64,000 nucleotides of DNA, from the NCBI GenBank assembly GCA_950097015.1, contig CATNEN010000004.1, positions 1 to 64,000 on the forward strand, in the 5' to 3' direction. The translations under genes and the position numbers were made by a program. This stretch comes from Macrostomum hystrix. Lineage: Eukaryota > Animalia > Platyhelminthes. Below, in pieces: positions 12,945-24,910 of this stretch (position 1 is its first letter; each line of letters begins with the position of its first letter). The notes under the pieces were generated by a model. That model worked only from the letters and a program-made list of their open reading frames with translations, was not told the origin of the DNA and searched no databases.

Positions 12945-14242
12945 ATGGCAGAGGAAGGAGAAAAAAAGCAAGAGGAGAGCCGACGTGTGCATACTTATCC
13001 ACTAGTCCGGGTGAGATTACCATGGTCTTGTAGTACTGCTGCTGCAACAGCTGAGAAGCATTTATATATTATTTTAGTGTAGATGAATCTTCAGTTATTT
13101 TTATTTTGGAGAGCCAAAAATTATTTCAAGGAATCTGGATCTGATAATTATTTTTTAACATATTTATTAGATCTCAAGATCAAGTGTTCAAAATTTTGTG
13201 TAGAAGTCGATTTTATTTAGATTTGGAAATAATATTTTAACAGCTATGATCATCCAAAAGGCGATCCAAAAATAGATAAATATTTTTACAGATTTGATTG
13301 AGTTGAAATTAGGATAGAATTAGTAAAAAGTTGTTTAATTAAATACCGATTTTGTGGGACTTTATGCTATGACAAGGTAAAATATTAGGTTTTAGTAATT
13401 CTTTATTACAACAATAAAGTTAAATCAATTATCCTTAAATTAGGCTATCCTGAAAAAATCTTGTTTCAGTTTTGAAAGACATTTTAACACTGTTTTCTTT
13501 CTTTGTTGAAACTTTGAACAAATTGAAAAATACATAATTTCACTTTAGTTAATTCACTATATTGTTAGAAAATAAAAACTTTCTTCTAACTTTGGTGCAT
13601 TCTTTATGAGTAAGTAAACATATATCACAAATCATTTTTTACTAAGGCGCATTCAAAAAAATTATAAGGACAATAACAAATTAAATACATGCTTAAATGA
13701 ATATTCGACAAGCAGCCACTGGTTTCAAATACTTGTCTTGACTAAATATTTTAGTCAAGACAATAATAGTATGTTTTTTTTCACACATTCGCTTTATAGA
13801 TTAGGCAAACTAATTGGACATTATAATTTTAATTATGAAATACATATTCTCCTTTCTTTAAATTATTTTACTTCACTTTTCCTTTCCCATTCAATCAACA
13901 GTATTCGGACATGAACGAGGAGATGCGAACAGAAGCAATGGAACTCTGCGTCACCGCCTGTGAGAAATTCGCTTCTAATAACGAGGTAATTTCTCAACAT
14001 GTCTACTATAAGTATGGCTAATAGCGAATTTGAATACAAAACATAATCAACTCTGAAAAGGTGTTGAATTATAGTCCGGCGGCACGCATGATTAAGGACA
14101 GCATGGACAAGAAGTTCGGGCCGGCCTGGCACGGCGGTGGTCCGGCGAAGGCTACGGATTCGAGATCACTCACGAATTGAAAAACATCATGTACATGTTC
14201 TTCGGCGGTAACATGGCCATCATTCTGTGGAAATGCGCGTGA
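12945..14242 (+). CDS. DNAL4: Dynein axonemal light chain 4 (exons 12945-13010, 13902-13985, 14075-14242); exon 3 carries three 1-nt insertions
   Basis: MAEEGEKKQEESRRVHTYPLVR|YSDMNEEMRTEAMELCVTACEKFASNNE|SAARMIKDSMDKKFGPAWH..VGEGYGFEITHELKNIMYMFFGGNMAIILWKCA* matches vertebrate DNAL4 along its length. Exon 3 is 168 nt versus 165 expected. Confidence 0.93.
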
Positions 14243-14702
14243 TTACTGAGCGCTGACATGCACAGTATCTGGCCGCCACGTGGCGACAACCTTTGATTTC
14301 TGTCCTTTGATCATAAAGTGATTTGTATTTTATAAGAAATTTCGTTAAACATTTTATGTCTGTCTTATAAAGTTTTCTAATGCTTCGCAACCATACTACT
14401 TATTCGTCGCATGGGAGAGCATATTTTTGCAACATTTAAGCAAATTGGAATAAAAGTAGGTCAAGACTGTGATATTCGTTTATATTGGTTTAGGAAAACT
14501 ATTAAATACACGAAAATAAATGTTCATTTTTACCGAAATCATTTTCTCTACAGCTAATCGGGATTAAATATAATTAAAGAAATAATTAATAATTAATAAA
14601 AAAAAAATTAATTAAATATAAAATTAGCCTTTTCATTTAAAATTAAAGCCACGGCAGTGCTTGACTGAACTAAACTTCAAGTAGCTATACTAAACCTCTA
14701 TT

Positions 14703-15252
14703 ATTCACTGGAAAGATGGCGCTAGATTCACTGGAAATGGCAACTCATTCACTGGAAATGGCAACTCATTCACTGGAAATGGCACTTAATTCACAGGAAA
14801 TGGCGCTAGATTCACTGGAAATGGCAACTGATTCACTGGAAATGGCGCTAGATTCACTGGAAATGGCAACTGATTCACTGGAAATGGCACTTAATTCACT
14901 GGAAATGGCAACTCATTCACTGGAAATGGCACTTAATTCACAGGAAATGGCGCTAGAATTCACTGGAAATGGCAACTCATTCACTGGAAATGGCGCTAGA
15001 TTCACTGGAAATAGCACTTAATTCACTGGAAATGGCGCTAGATTCACTGGAAATGGCAACTCATTCACTGGAAATGGCGCTAGATTCACTGGAAATAGCA
15101 CTTAATTCCTGGAAATGGCGCTAGATTAACTGGGAAATGGCAACTCATTCACTGGAAATGGCACTTGATTCACTGGAAATGGCAAATCATTCACTGGAAA
15201 TGGCGCTAGGATTCACTGGAAATGGCACTTGATTCACTGGAAATGGCAACTG
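14703..15252 (+). repeat. Minisatellite, 21-nt unit ATTCACTGGAAATGGC followed by variant pentamers (AACTC/AACTG, GCTAG, ACTTA)
   Basis: Direct tandem periodicity with alternating variant ends. Confidence 0.93.
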
Positions 15253-15915
15253 ATTTTTCTTCAAGCCACAAGAAACCAACAAAAAGTATAACTTAAAATA
15301 TGAAGATTTCCTTGCAGGACAGACAACCAGCGGAGAGACAGGAGGGCGGGAGTCAGAAATGCTGAGCCAGCAGTTTGAGTGATGCTATTGAAAACTCGAA
15401 TGAAAAAGTGAGTCCATATATTTTATTTTCTTCAGCTGCAGGCTACACAATATTAGAAAAAGTAATATATTTACAAAATGTATCAATTTAAAAAGCAAAA
15501 CGCACACAATGAAACAAGCTAAAATACATGGAATATAATACAAGCATAGCATTTCACAGAGCCAATGACACAAAAGCAGGGATTTTACAAAAACGGCATA
15601 GCTCACGATATAACTGATTTCAAAAAATGTAATCTCCATTATAAAAAACGCTGTCACAAACCATTGGACAGAGTAAGTATAACAACTTTGCTTGTTAGCA
15701 AAAATACGCAAAAATACTTAGATTATGAGCTGCGAAACAAAGTTCAAGTGCACCTCCCGCTTGAAAATGTAAATTTTGGAAACGCGAGGTGGGCATTTGC
15801 GGAAATTAAGCAGGTTCAAGCGAAAGCTGAGGCAGAACTAATTGGTAAAAAAGAAAGAAGACAGAATACAATTTTCAGACAAGAGGGACTCTTCGCGTTC
15901 CGCAGAAGGGTTTGA

Positions 15916-16550
15916 GAAGTAGAGTGGGGATGATAGGTAGAGTGGGGATGATAGGCAGAGTGGGGATGAGAAGGAGAGTGGGGATGGGAAGGAGAGTGGG
16001 GATGAGAAGTCGGTGGGGATTATAGGTAGAGTGAGGATTAGAGGTAGGTGGGGATGATAGGTAGGTGGGGATGAGAGGTAGGTGGGGATGAGAGGTAGGT
16101 GGGGATGAGAGGTAGGTGGGGATGAGAAGTCGGTGGGGATGAGAAGTAGAGTGGGGATGGGAAGGAGAGTGGGGATGAGAAGTCGGTGGGGATTATAGGT
16201 AGAGTGAGGATTAGAGGTAGGTGGGGATGATAGGTAGGTGGGGATGAGAAGGAGAGTGGGGATGGGAAGGAGAGTGGGGATGAGAAGTCGGTGGGGATTA
16301 TAGGTAGAGTGAGGATTAGAGGTAGGTGGGGATGATAGGTAGGTGGGGATGAGAGGTAGGTGGGGATGAGAGGTAGGTGGGGATGAGAGGTAGGTGGGGG
16401 ATGAGAGGTAGGTGGGGATGAGAAGTCGGTGGGGATGAGAAGTAGAGTGGGGATGAGAGGTAGAGTGGGGATGAGAAGTAGATTGAGGAATGAGAGGTAG
16501 AGTGGGGATGAGAAGTAGAGTGGGGACGAGAAGTAGAGTCGGGATCAGAG
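15916..16550 (+). repeat. Degenerate purine-rich minisatellite (17-18 nt, GTAGGTGGGGATGAGAG-like)
   Basis: Repeated GTGGGGATGA cores. Confidence 0.88.
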
Positions 16551-17186
16551 GGTTAACGTAGGCAGCAAAAATAACAAAGTAAAGAAGAAATCTAGACAAA
16601 CAAACGAATAGGATATTGAAAAAGGTAAACATGGGATATGATATTTCTGGATTTACAATAAGCCAAGTAGATAGATATGGCGAATGCAGAGGCACACACG
16701 CATACACAATTTAAACATCAACCGACAATGCTTAAAAAAAACCCGATTCGTTCAAACGGGGTAGAGTTTGAATACTGTTCTAAACAAAGCAGATAAATAA
16801 GCAGAACAACAAATAAATAAAACAAGCTTGGCTTGGCTTGGTAAAAAGACGAGCTTAAAAAAGTATAACACACTTAATAATAATGACTAGTTAGCGTTGA
16901 TAAAAAAGCAGTGAATTTTTGCTACCAGTTGCACACAATGCTTTCAAAAAAGCAAGCCTGGGTTAGCCCTAGGGGTTGTCTATGGTTAAAATTGCGATTA
17001 ATAGGGTTTTAGAGGCTCAAAATCTGTCTTTAAACAAAGGTACCAAAGTTACTCAGAGGACAATAATTTAGTTAAACCGCTTTGTGTGAGCTATAAATAT
17101 TAACTTGAGTACCTTCTTATAGGCAAAAATATATTTAAGCACCAGACAAGGAAATCTTTTTGCAGTTATTTTCTGTCGACTGCAGT

Positions 17187-20100
17187 TCACAGCATTCGAA
17201 GATCCAAAATGACTACCTGAAATTCATGGGAAAATAGAATGTTTCTCAGCTTATGCACTCCGATTTGAACTTCCTGCTGGCCTGTATACGTAACTAATGG
17301 CTTATCTACTACAATGCTGGCCCATCTACTTATCAACTGCTTATCTAATTATCAACTGCCTAATCTACTTATCAACTGGCTTATCTAATTATCAACTGGC
17401 TTATCTAATTATCAACTGCCTAATCTACTTATCAACTGGCTTATCTACTTATCAACTGGCTTATCTAATTATCAACTGGCTTATCTAATTATCAACTGGC
17501 TTATCTAATTATCAACTGGCTTATCTAATTATCAACTGCCTAATCTACTTATCAACTGGCTTATCTAATTATCAACTGGCTTATCTAATTATCAACTGGC
17601 TTATCTAATTATCAACTGCCTAATCTACTTATCAACTGGCTTATCTACTTATCAACTGGCTTATCTAATTATCAACTGGCTTATCTAATTATCAACTGGC
17701 ATATCTACTTATCAACTGGCTTATCTGCTTATCACAACTGGCTAATCTACTTATCAACTGGCTTATCTAATTATCAACTGCCTAATCTACTTATTAACTG
17801 GCTTATCTAATTGCTTACAGTGCCGTCCGCCGCGCTGGCTCCAACCCTGTCGCCGGTGCTGTTCCAGCACACTTCAAATATGCCGCCTGTGCCCTGGTAT
17901 TTGTGCGCCAGTGTGCCAGTCTGCCAAGGAGTGGGGCGAGTGAATTTCTATGTACTAATGCTCACTGACAGCAGAGCGATATAGGATGCAATATAGAAAG
18001 GATGGATGGTAGGGAAGAGAGGAAAGAACGGGGAAGGGGTGGCAGGGTAGGGAAGAGAGGAAAGAACGGGGAAGGGGTGGCGGGGTAGGGAAGAATGGGG
18101 AGGTGGTATTGCGTAAGGGAAGAATGGGGAAGTGGCATTTGGTAAGGGAATAATGGGGAGGGGTTTTAGGTTAGGGAAGAGCGTGGGAGGGAAGAAAAGG
18201 AGGGTAGGGAGGCAGGCAAGCGCACAGCAGTTCCTTCCTCACCTCGATACTCCCATATGAGGACGCATTTGTCGAAGCTGCCAGAGGCAAGATAACGGCC
18301 GCAGGGCGAAAAGGCGACACTGTAGACTGGCTCGCGATGATTGGAGAACACGCGAGCGCAGGCGCCGGCCTCCACGTCCCACAGGCGTACAGTGGCATCG
18401 AAGCTGGCGCTGCAAAGCAAGAGTTTTGGGAACTCAAGCTGAGGATCTGGTAGAATGGCTGGTAAATCTGAAGATCTGGGAGAATGGCTGCTCAACCTGA
18501 AGATCTGGGAGAATGGCTGGTCAATCTGAAGATCTGGAGAATGACTGCTCAATCTGAAGATCTGTGAGAATGGCTGGTCAATCTGAAGATCTGGAGAATG
18601 GCTGCTCAACCTGAAGATCTGGGAGAATGGCTAGTCAATCTGAAGATCTCGGAGAATGGCTGCTCAACCTGAAGATCTGGGAGAATGGCTGGTAAATCTG
18701 AAGATCTGGGAGAATGGCTGCTCAACCTGAAGATCTGGGAGAATGACTGCTCAATCTGAAGATCTGGGAGAATGGCTGGTCAATCTGAAGATCTGGGAGA
18801 ATGGCTGGTCAATCTGAAGATCTGGGAGAATGGCTGCTCAATCTGAAGATCTGGGAGAATGGCTGCTCAATCTGAAGATCTGGGAGAATGACTGCTCAAT
18901 CTGAAGATCTGGGAGAATGGCTGGTCAATCTGAAGATCTGGGAGAATGGCTGCTCAACCTGAAGATCTGGGAGAATGGCTGCTCAATCTGAAGATCTGGA
19001 GAATGGCTGCTCAACCTGAAGATCTGGGAGAATGGCTGGTCAATCTGAAGATCTGGGAGAATGGCTGGTCAACCTGAAGATCTGGGAGAATGGCTGGTCA
19101 ACCTGAAGATCTGGGAGAATGGCTGGCCAATCTGAGGATCTGGGAGAATGGCTGGCCAATCTGAGGATCTGGGAGAATGACTGCTCAACCTGAAGATCTG
19201 GGAGAATGGCTGGTCAATCTGAAGATCTGGGAGAATGGCTGGTCAACCTGAAGATCTGGGAGAATGGCTGGTCAACCTGAAGATCTGGGAGAATGGCTGC
19301 TCAATCTGAAGATCTGGGAGAATGGCTGGTCAATCTGAAGATCTGGGAGAATGGCTGGTCAATCTGAAGATCTGGGAGAATGGCTGGTCAATCTGAAGAT
19401 CTGGGAGAATGACTGCTCAATCTGAAGATCTGGGAGAATGGCTGCTCAACCTGAAGATCTGGAGAATGGCATGTAAATCTGAAGATCTGGGAGATTGGCT
19501 GCTCAACCTGAGGAATCTGGTGATACTGTAAGACTAATTAATTTGATTTATACCTGGCCAGATAGAGATTGCCATTGGGATTTCTAGTATTATATCCCGC
19601 AGGACTCCACTTGATAGTGTAGATCTCCTTTTGGTGAGCCTTGAAGTCGTGCACCAGAGTGCCTCGATCCACCGACCACAGCTTGAGGGTCATATCATCG
19701 GAGCAGGAGGCCAGCAGCTGGCCACGGGGATCCCACTTGATTGCGTTCACTTCGTTTGTGTGGCCGCGAAATGTTTTAACCGGATAGTCGCAGCCGAGGC
19801 GGCACACCTGGATGCTCTGGTCCGTGGAACAGCTGGCGAAGGTGACGTCATCCTTCCAGTCAACGTCCAGGGCTGGAGCTGTGACAGTGGGGGATGCGAC
19901 TCACTATCGTTTCTGAATCCTCCAATCTTTGTACACCCCCTCCTGTCTCTCTCTTCCAATCTTTGTGCACCCCCTCCTGTCTCTCTCTTCCAATCTTTTT
20001 GCACACCCCCTCCTGTCTCTTCCAATCTTTTTGCACACCCCCTCCTGTCTCTTCCAATCTTTTTGCACCCCCTCCTGTCTCTACCAATCTTTGTACATCC

Positions 20101-23100
20101 CTCCTGTCTCTTCCAATCTTTGTACATCCCCTCCTCTCTCTTCCAATCTTTGTACATCTCCCTCCTGTCTCTCTCTTCCAATCTTTGTACATCTCCCTCC
20201 TGTCTCTCTCTTCCAATCTTTGTACATCTCCCTCCTGTCTCTCTCTTCCAATCTTTGTACATCTCCCTCTTCTCTCTCTTCCAATCTTTGTACATCTCCC
20301 TCCTGTCTCTCTCTTCCAATCTTTGTACATCTCCCTCCTGTCTCTCTCTTCCAATCTTTGTACATCTCCCTCTTCTCTCTCTTCCAATATTTGTACATCT
20401 CCCTCCTGTCTCTCTCTTCCAATCTTTGTACATCTCCCTCCTGTCACTCCCTCCTGTCTCTCTCTTCCAATCTTTGTACATCTTCTCCTGTCTCTCTCTT
20501 CCAATCTTTGTACATCTTCTCCTGTCTCTCTCTTCCAATCTTTGTACATCTTCTCCTGTCTCTCTCTTCCAATCTTTGTACATCTTCTCCTGTCTCTCTC
20601 TTCCAATCTTTGTACATCTTCTCCTGTCTCTCTCTTCAATCTTTGTACATCTCCCTCTTCTCTCTCTTCCAATCTTTGTACATCTCCCTCTTCTCTCTCT
20701 TCCAATCTTTGTACAACTCCCTCCTGTCTCTCTCTTCCAATCTTTGTACATCTCCCTCCTGTCTCTCTCTTTTAATCTTTGTACATCTTCTCCTGTCTAT
20801 CTCTTCCAATCTTTGTACATCTTCTCCTGTCTCTCTCTTCCAATCTTTGTACATCTCCCTCTTCTCTCTCTTCCAATCTTTGTACATCTCCCTCTTCTCT
20901 CTCTTCCAATCTTTGTACACCTCCCTCCTGTCTCTCTCTTCCAATCTTTGTACATCTTCTCCTGTCTCTCTCTTCCAATCTTTGTACATCTTCTCCTGTC
21001 TCTCTCTTCCAATCTTTGTACATCTCCCTCTTCTCTCTCTTCCAATCTTTGTACATCTCCCTCTTCTCTCTCTTCCAATTTTTGTACATCTCCCTCCTGT
21101 CTCTCTCTTTTAATCTTTGTACATCTTCTCCTGTCTCTCTCTTCCAATCTTTGTACATCTTCTCCTGTCTCTCTCTTCCAATCTTTGTACATCTCCCTCT
21201 TCTCTCTCTTCCAATCTTTGTACACCTCCCTCCTGTCTCTCTCTTCCAATCTTTGTACATCTTCTCCTGTCTCTCTCTTCCAATCTTTGTACATCTTCTC
21301 CTGTCTCTCTCTTTTAATCTTTGTACATCTTCTCCTGTCTCTCTCTTCCAATCTTTGTACATCTCCCTCTTCTCTCTCTTCCAATCTTTGTACACCTCCC
21401 TCCTGTCTCTCTCTTCCAATCTTTGTACATCTTCTCCTGTCTCTCTCTTCCAATCTTTGTACATCTTCTCCTGTCTCTCTCTTCCAATCTTTGTACATCT
21501 CCCTCTTCTCTCTCTTCCAATCTTTGTACATCTCCCTCTTCTCTCTCTTCCAATCTTTGTACACCTCCCTCCTGTCTCTCTCTTCCAATCTTTGTACATC
21601 TTCTCCTGTCTCTCTCTTCCAATCTTTGTACATCTTCTCCTGTCTCTCTCTTCCAATCTTTGTACATCTCCCTCTTCTCTCTCTTCCAATCTTTGTACAT
21701 CTCCCTCTTCTCTCTCTTCCAATTTTTGTACATCTCCCTCCTGTCTCTCTCTTTTAATCTTTGTACATCTTCTCCTGTCTCTCTCTTCCAATCTTTGTAC
21801 ATCTTCTCCTGTCTCTCTCTTCCAATCTTTGTACATCTCCCTCTTCTCTCTCTTCCAATCTTTGTACACCTCCCTCCTGTCTCTCTCTTCCAATCTTTGT
21901 ACATCTTCTCCTGTCTCTCTCTTCCAATCTTTGTACATCTTCTCCTGTCTCTCTCTTTTAATCTTTGTACATCTTCTCCTGTCTCTCTCTTCCAATCTTT
22001 GTACATCTCCCTCTTCTCTCTCTTCCAATCTTTGTACACCTCCCTCCTGTCTCTCTCTTCCAATCTTTGTACATCTTCTCCTGTCTCTCTCTTCCAATCT
22101 TTGTACATCTTCTCCTGTCTCTCTCTTCCAATCTTTGTACATCTTCCTCCTCGTTTTTCCAATCTTTGTAGATCTCCCTCCTGTCTCTCTCTTCTAATCT
22201 TTGTACATCTTCTCCTGTCTCTGTCTTCCGACATTTGTACACCCGCCCGTCTCTCGCCTCCTAGTTACTAACAGGTCAACAGCCTGGATGCGGACAAACC
22301 TGTGTGAAAGCCAAACTGTTGCTGTGCTTTGCCAGACAATGCGTCCCAAATGATTGTCGTCTAAAAGCAAAAGTAACAAGAAATGTTTATGAACAGAGAT
22401 GAATGGCGTTGAACGATGTTTAACTAGCAGACAACTGACCTTGTCCACTCCGGCGCTAAGTACATAGGTGCCAGCTTTATTCCATTTCAGCGCAAATATT
22501 GGACCCTTGTGCTGGCCCAAAGTGCACAGCAGACTGCCTGGGTTGGTGCAGAAATAATTGAAATAAAGCTAATTTTATAGCATTATAGCATTTTTAGGAG
22601 CAAAATAGACTAGACAGAGCCGCTTTAGCTCACCATCGGTGGACCAGAGTCGGGCGAATCCATCATAGGATCCAGTGGCTAGGCGGTTTCCGTCGCACTG
22701 TCAAAGGATAGGACTGCTCAGTAAAAAAATATAATAGTAAAATGATTGACAGTTGCGTACAAAGTCATATTTTCAGGGCAGCTTTGGGCAATGGCAGAGC
22801 GGTCTAACACGTTTGCCTCTCGCACCAAGGTCCCGGAGCTCGATTCCGTGGCGAGGCCGTGTTCATTTGTGGGCACGGTCGCGGAGATAAGGCTTGGGGG
22901 ATTGTCGTACAATGTACGCCCTTGAGGGTCAACCTCTAATGCACAGTGAGTGTACACTGCCTGACGATGAGAAATCAGGGCAGATGTACACACCTGTGTG
23001 AGCGTGTGCCTGCGTGGAGTATCTGTGCCAGGAGTCAGTGGAATTGGCAGAATTGGAACTCGCTGGCTGTGGGTCTAGTGTCACCAAATAATGTGCCAGT

Positions 23101-23928
23101 GCAATTCCCCAGTATCCCATGAAAGGCAGACAAGCAGAAGGGTAAACACATTAGAAAGAGGGACTCACATTCCAGTCCAGGGAGGTGACATCCTTGTTGC
23201 TAGGCACATCCATGCCGCCCTTGTTAATGCAGTGCTTCAGCACCAGCTGCTTCTTGGCGTCGCCGGCCGCAGCTAGATCGCAGGCGTCCCAGATTCTGGC
23301 TGTTGAATCGCCCGAGCCCGATGCCAGCAGGTCCGTCTTGGGATTCCAGGCGCAGATGAACACCTCTGATTCGTGGCCGCGCAATACCGTCACCCGGCTA
23401 GCCGGAAAGTCGATAGCTTCGGCAGAGTCCATGGCAACGCCAGCCGACTGGTGATGATTGTTGTTGCTGGTGCTGTGGTCCTCGCCGAGCCTGCCATTGT
23501 GGTCTGGTCGACTCTCCGGCTTGTTGGCGCCAATTCGATTTCGTTCAGTCTCGCTAACCTGCTTCTTGCGCATGTCAATCACCTCCGGCATCACGGAGTC
23601 GATGAGTGACAGGGATTCAACAACTCGCTCGCAGCCGCCCTCCCCGATACTGATCTCGGCCTCCGTGTACTGCAGGCCCTTCTGGATGATCTGCAGCAGC
23701 GCGGCCGGTGGCACCATGGAGCCGTTAATGTTGGTGCTGGAGATGTGGCTCTCGACGCCAAACAGGTAGGCGGAGTGCAGGTAGCCTGGCATGAAGAACA
23801 GTGAGATGGTATAAATCTCTGAAAGCCTATGTGACTAGTTAAAACTCAATAGACATCTAAGCTCACTTACCAGACTCCTGTAGATATCTAAATACAAGAA
23901 AGTTCACCTCATCGCTGCTAAAACTCAT
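17187..23928 (-). CDS. TBL1X: TBL1/ebi LisH-WD40 corepressor subunit, 9 exons (23871-23928, 23169-23785, 22634-22697, 22440-22537, 22300-22360, 19554-19878, 18243-18409, 17819-17920, 17187-17216), ~506 aa
   Basis: N-terminus [26 protein letters not shown] (LisH). WD40 repeats include [62 protein letters not shown] and [10 protein letters not shown]; C-terminus GGIFEVCWN...VVILDLRML*. All junctions are GT-AG and in phase once one extra base at 18252-18254 is removed. Confidence 0.96.
17300..17812 (+). repeat. Intronic minisatellite, 20-nt unit ATCAACTGGCTTATCTAATT (variant ATCAACTGCCTAATCTACTT)
   Basis: Fills TBL1 intron 8 (17217-17818). Confidence 0.93.
18440..19515 (+). repeat. Intronic minisatellite, 29-nt unit GAAGATCTGGGAGAATGGCTGGTCAATCT
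   Basis: Fills TBL1 intron 6 (18410-19553). Confidence 0.95.
19915..22255 (+). repeat. Intronic pyrimidine-rich minisatellite, 33-36-nt units (CCAATCTTTGTACATCTTCTCCTGTCTCTCTCTT), with a ~644-nt higher-order repeat
   Basis: Fills TBL1 intron 5 (19879-22299). Repeat-derived ORF starts recur at 21117/21761 and 21321/21965, a 644-nt offset. Confidence 0.93.
22786..23110 (+). mobile_element. tRNA-headed SINE, family B (copy 1, in TBL1 intron 2)
   Basis: Head GGCAATGGCAGAGCGGTCTAACACG...GCTCGATTCCG; body matches the copies at 58250-58552 and 59690-59850 on the opposite strand. Confidence 0.75.
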
Positions 23929-24510
23929 TGCACATCAGCTTCTGTTATTAATCAACTGGCCAATAGCTGATACTGTTTGTCTGTTTGTCTAGTCCTGAAA
24001 TATATAATGACGATATATATCAAGTTATAGTTAACTCATATAGTTAACGAGTAGCTGGTGTATCAAATCAATGATTTGGGTTCTAGTACACAAATTAGTT
24101 GATTAATTTGGAGGAGCCCTATTTCACAACAAAATATTAAGGTGTAATTTTACACCGTCACATGGTTTTTCTATTGGAAAAATTGCTCAGAAAGACACCC
24201 CTAATGTGATGTCTATGGTCCAAAGTTGCGGAGTCTAACAAATTATTATGTTGTGTAATTATGTATGTATTATGTTGTGTTGGCCCTATTCTAGAGTTTC
24301 TGATGTCTAATATGTTTCCTACACTTGCCAATAAAAGTTAGTTATGGTGCTATGGCCTCGGCTAACTTACAAGAACACATTTTCATAAACTAACATACAT
24401 TTGTTGCATCACTTTAGTCATGATCATGAAATATGTAGTAATGTGATATGAAATATCACATCATATGAAATATGAAATATGTAATATGTAGAAATATGTA
24501 TGAAGTAAGA

Positions 24511-24910
24511 GGGCGGATAGCTCAGTCAGTAAGGTGTCGGACTCTGGATCAGATGGTCCTGGGTTCGACTCCCGACATAGTCTAGAACTATTTGTGCAGC
24601 CTTTGGCAAGCTGCTTTGCCCTGATGTGCACACAGTCTGCTCAGCTGCAAATGAGTACCGACATTTCGTTGGGTAATAATAATTCCAGCTGGCTGGCGTG
24701 GAATAAAGCAGTTCTGTGCGGCAATTCTGTGGAGTTTGGATGCTGCCCATATGTTTGGAAAAATAAATTCCATTGCTGACACGCGGCTGTCAACCAGTGT
24801 CTGAGAGAGCCGGGGAGTACAATAGGTGTGCAGTCCCCACCTGCTAGTGTGCCTGACACACAACACCTGCACTGGCCCTTGGTTCTAGTGTCAATTATTA
24901 TTATTACTAT
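24511..24910 (+). mobile_element. tRNA-headed SINE with a CORE-like segment and (ATT)n tail
   Basis: A box TAGCTCAGTCAGTAAGG, B box GGTTCGACTCC, central CCTTTGGCAAG...CAGCTGCAAATGAGTACC, tail TTATTATTATT. Confidence 0.72.

Noticed and set aside
15316-15915. ORFs 15565-15915 (+) and 15385-15711 (-), and a possible acceptor at about 15318
   Set aside because: AT-rich, no homology cue, and located between convergent gene 3' ends; likely UTR or intergenic.
24511-24585. Genuine tRNA genes at 24511, 28447, 45278, 22786 and about 5198
   Set aside because: A and B boxes are present, but there is no closed acceptor stem or poly-T terminator, and the heads run into shared SINE bodies.
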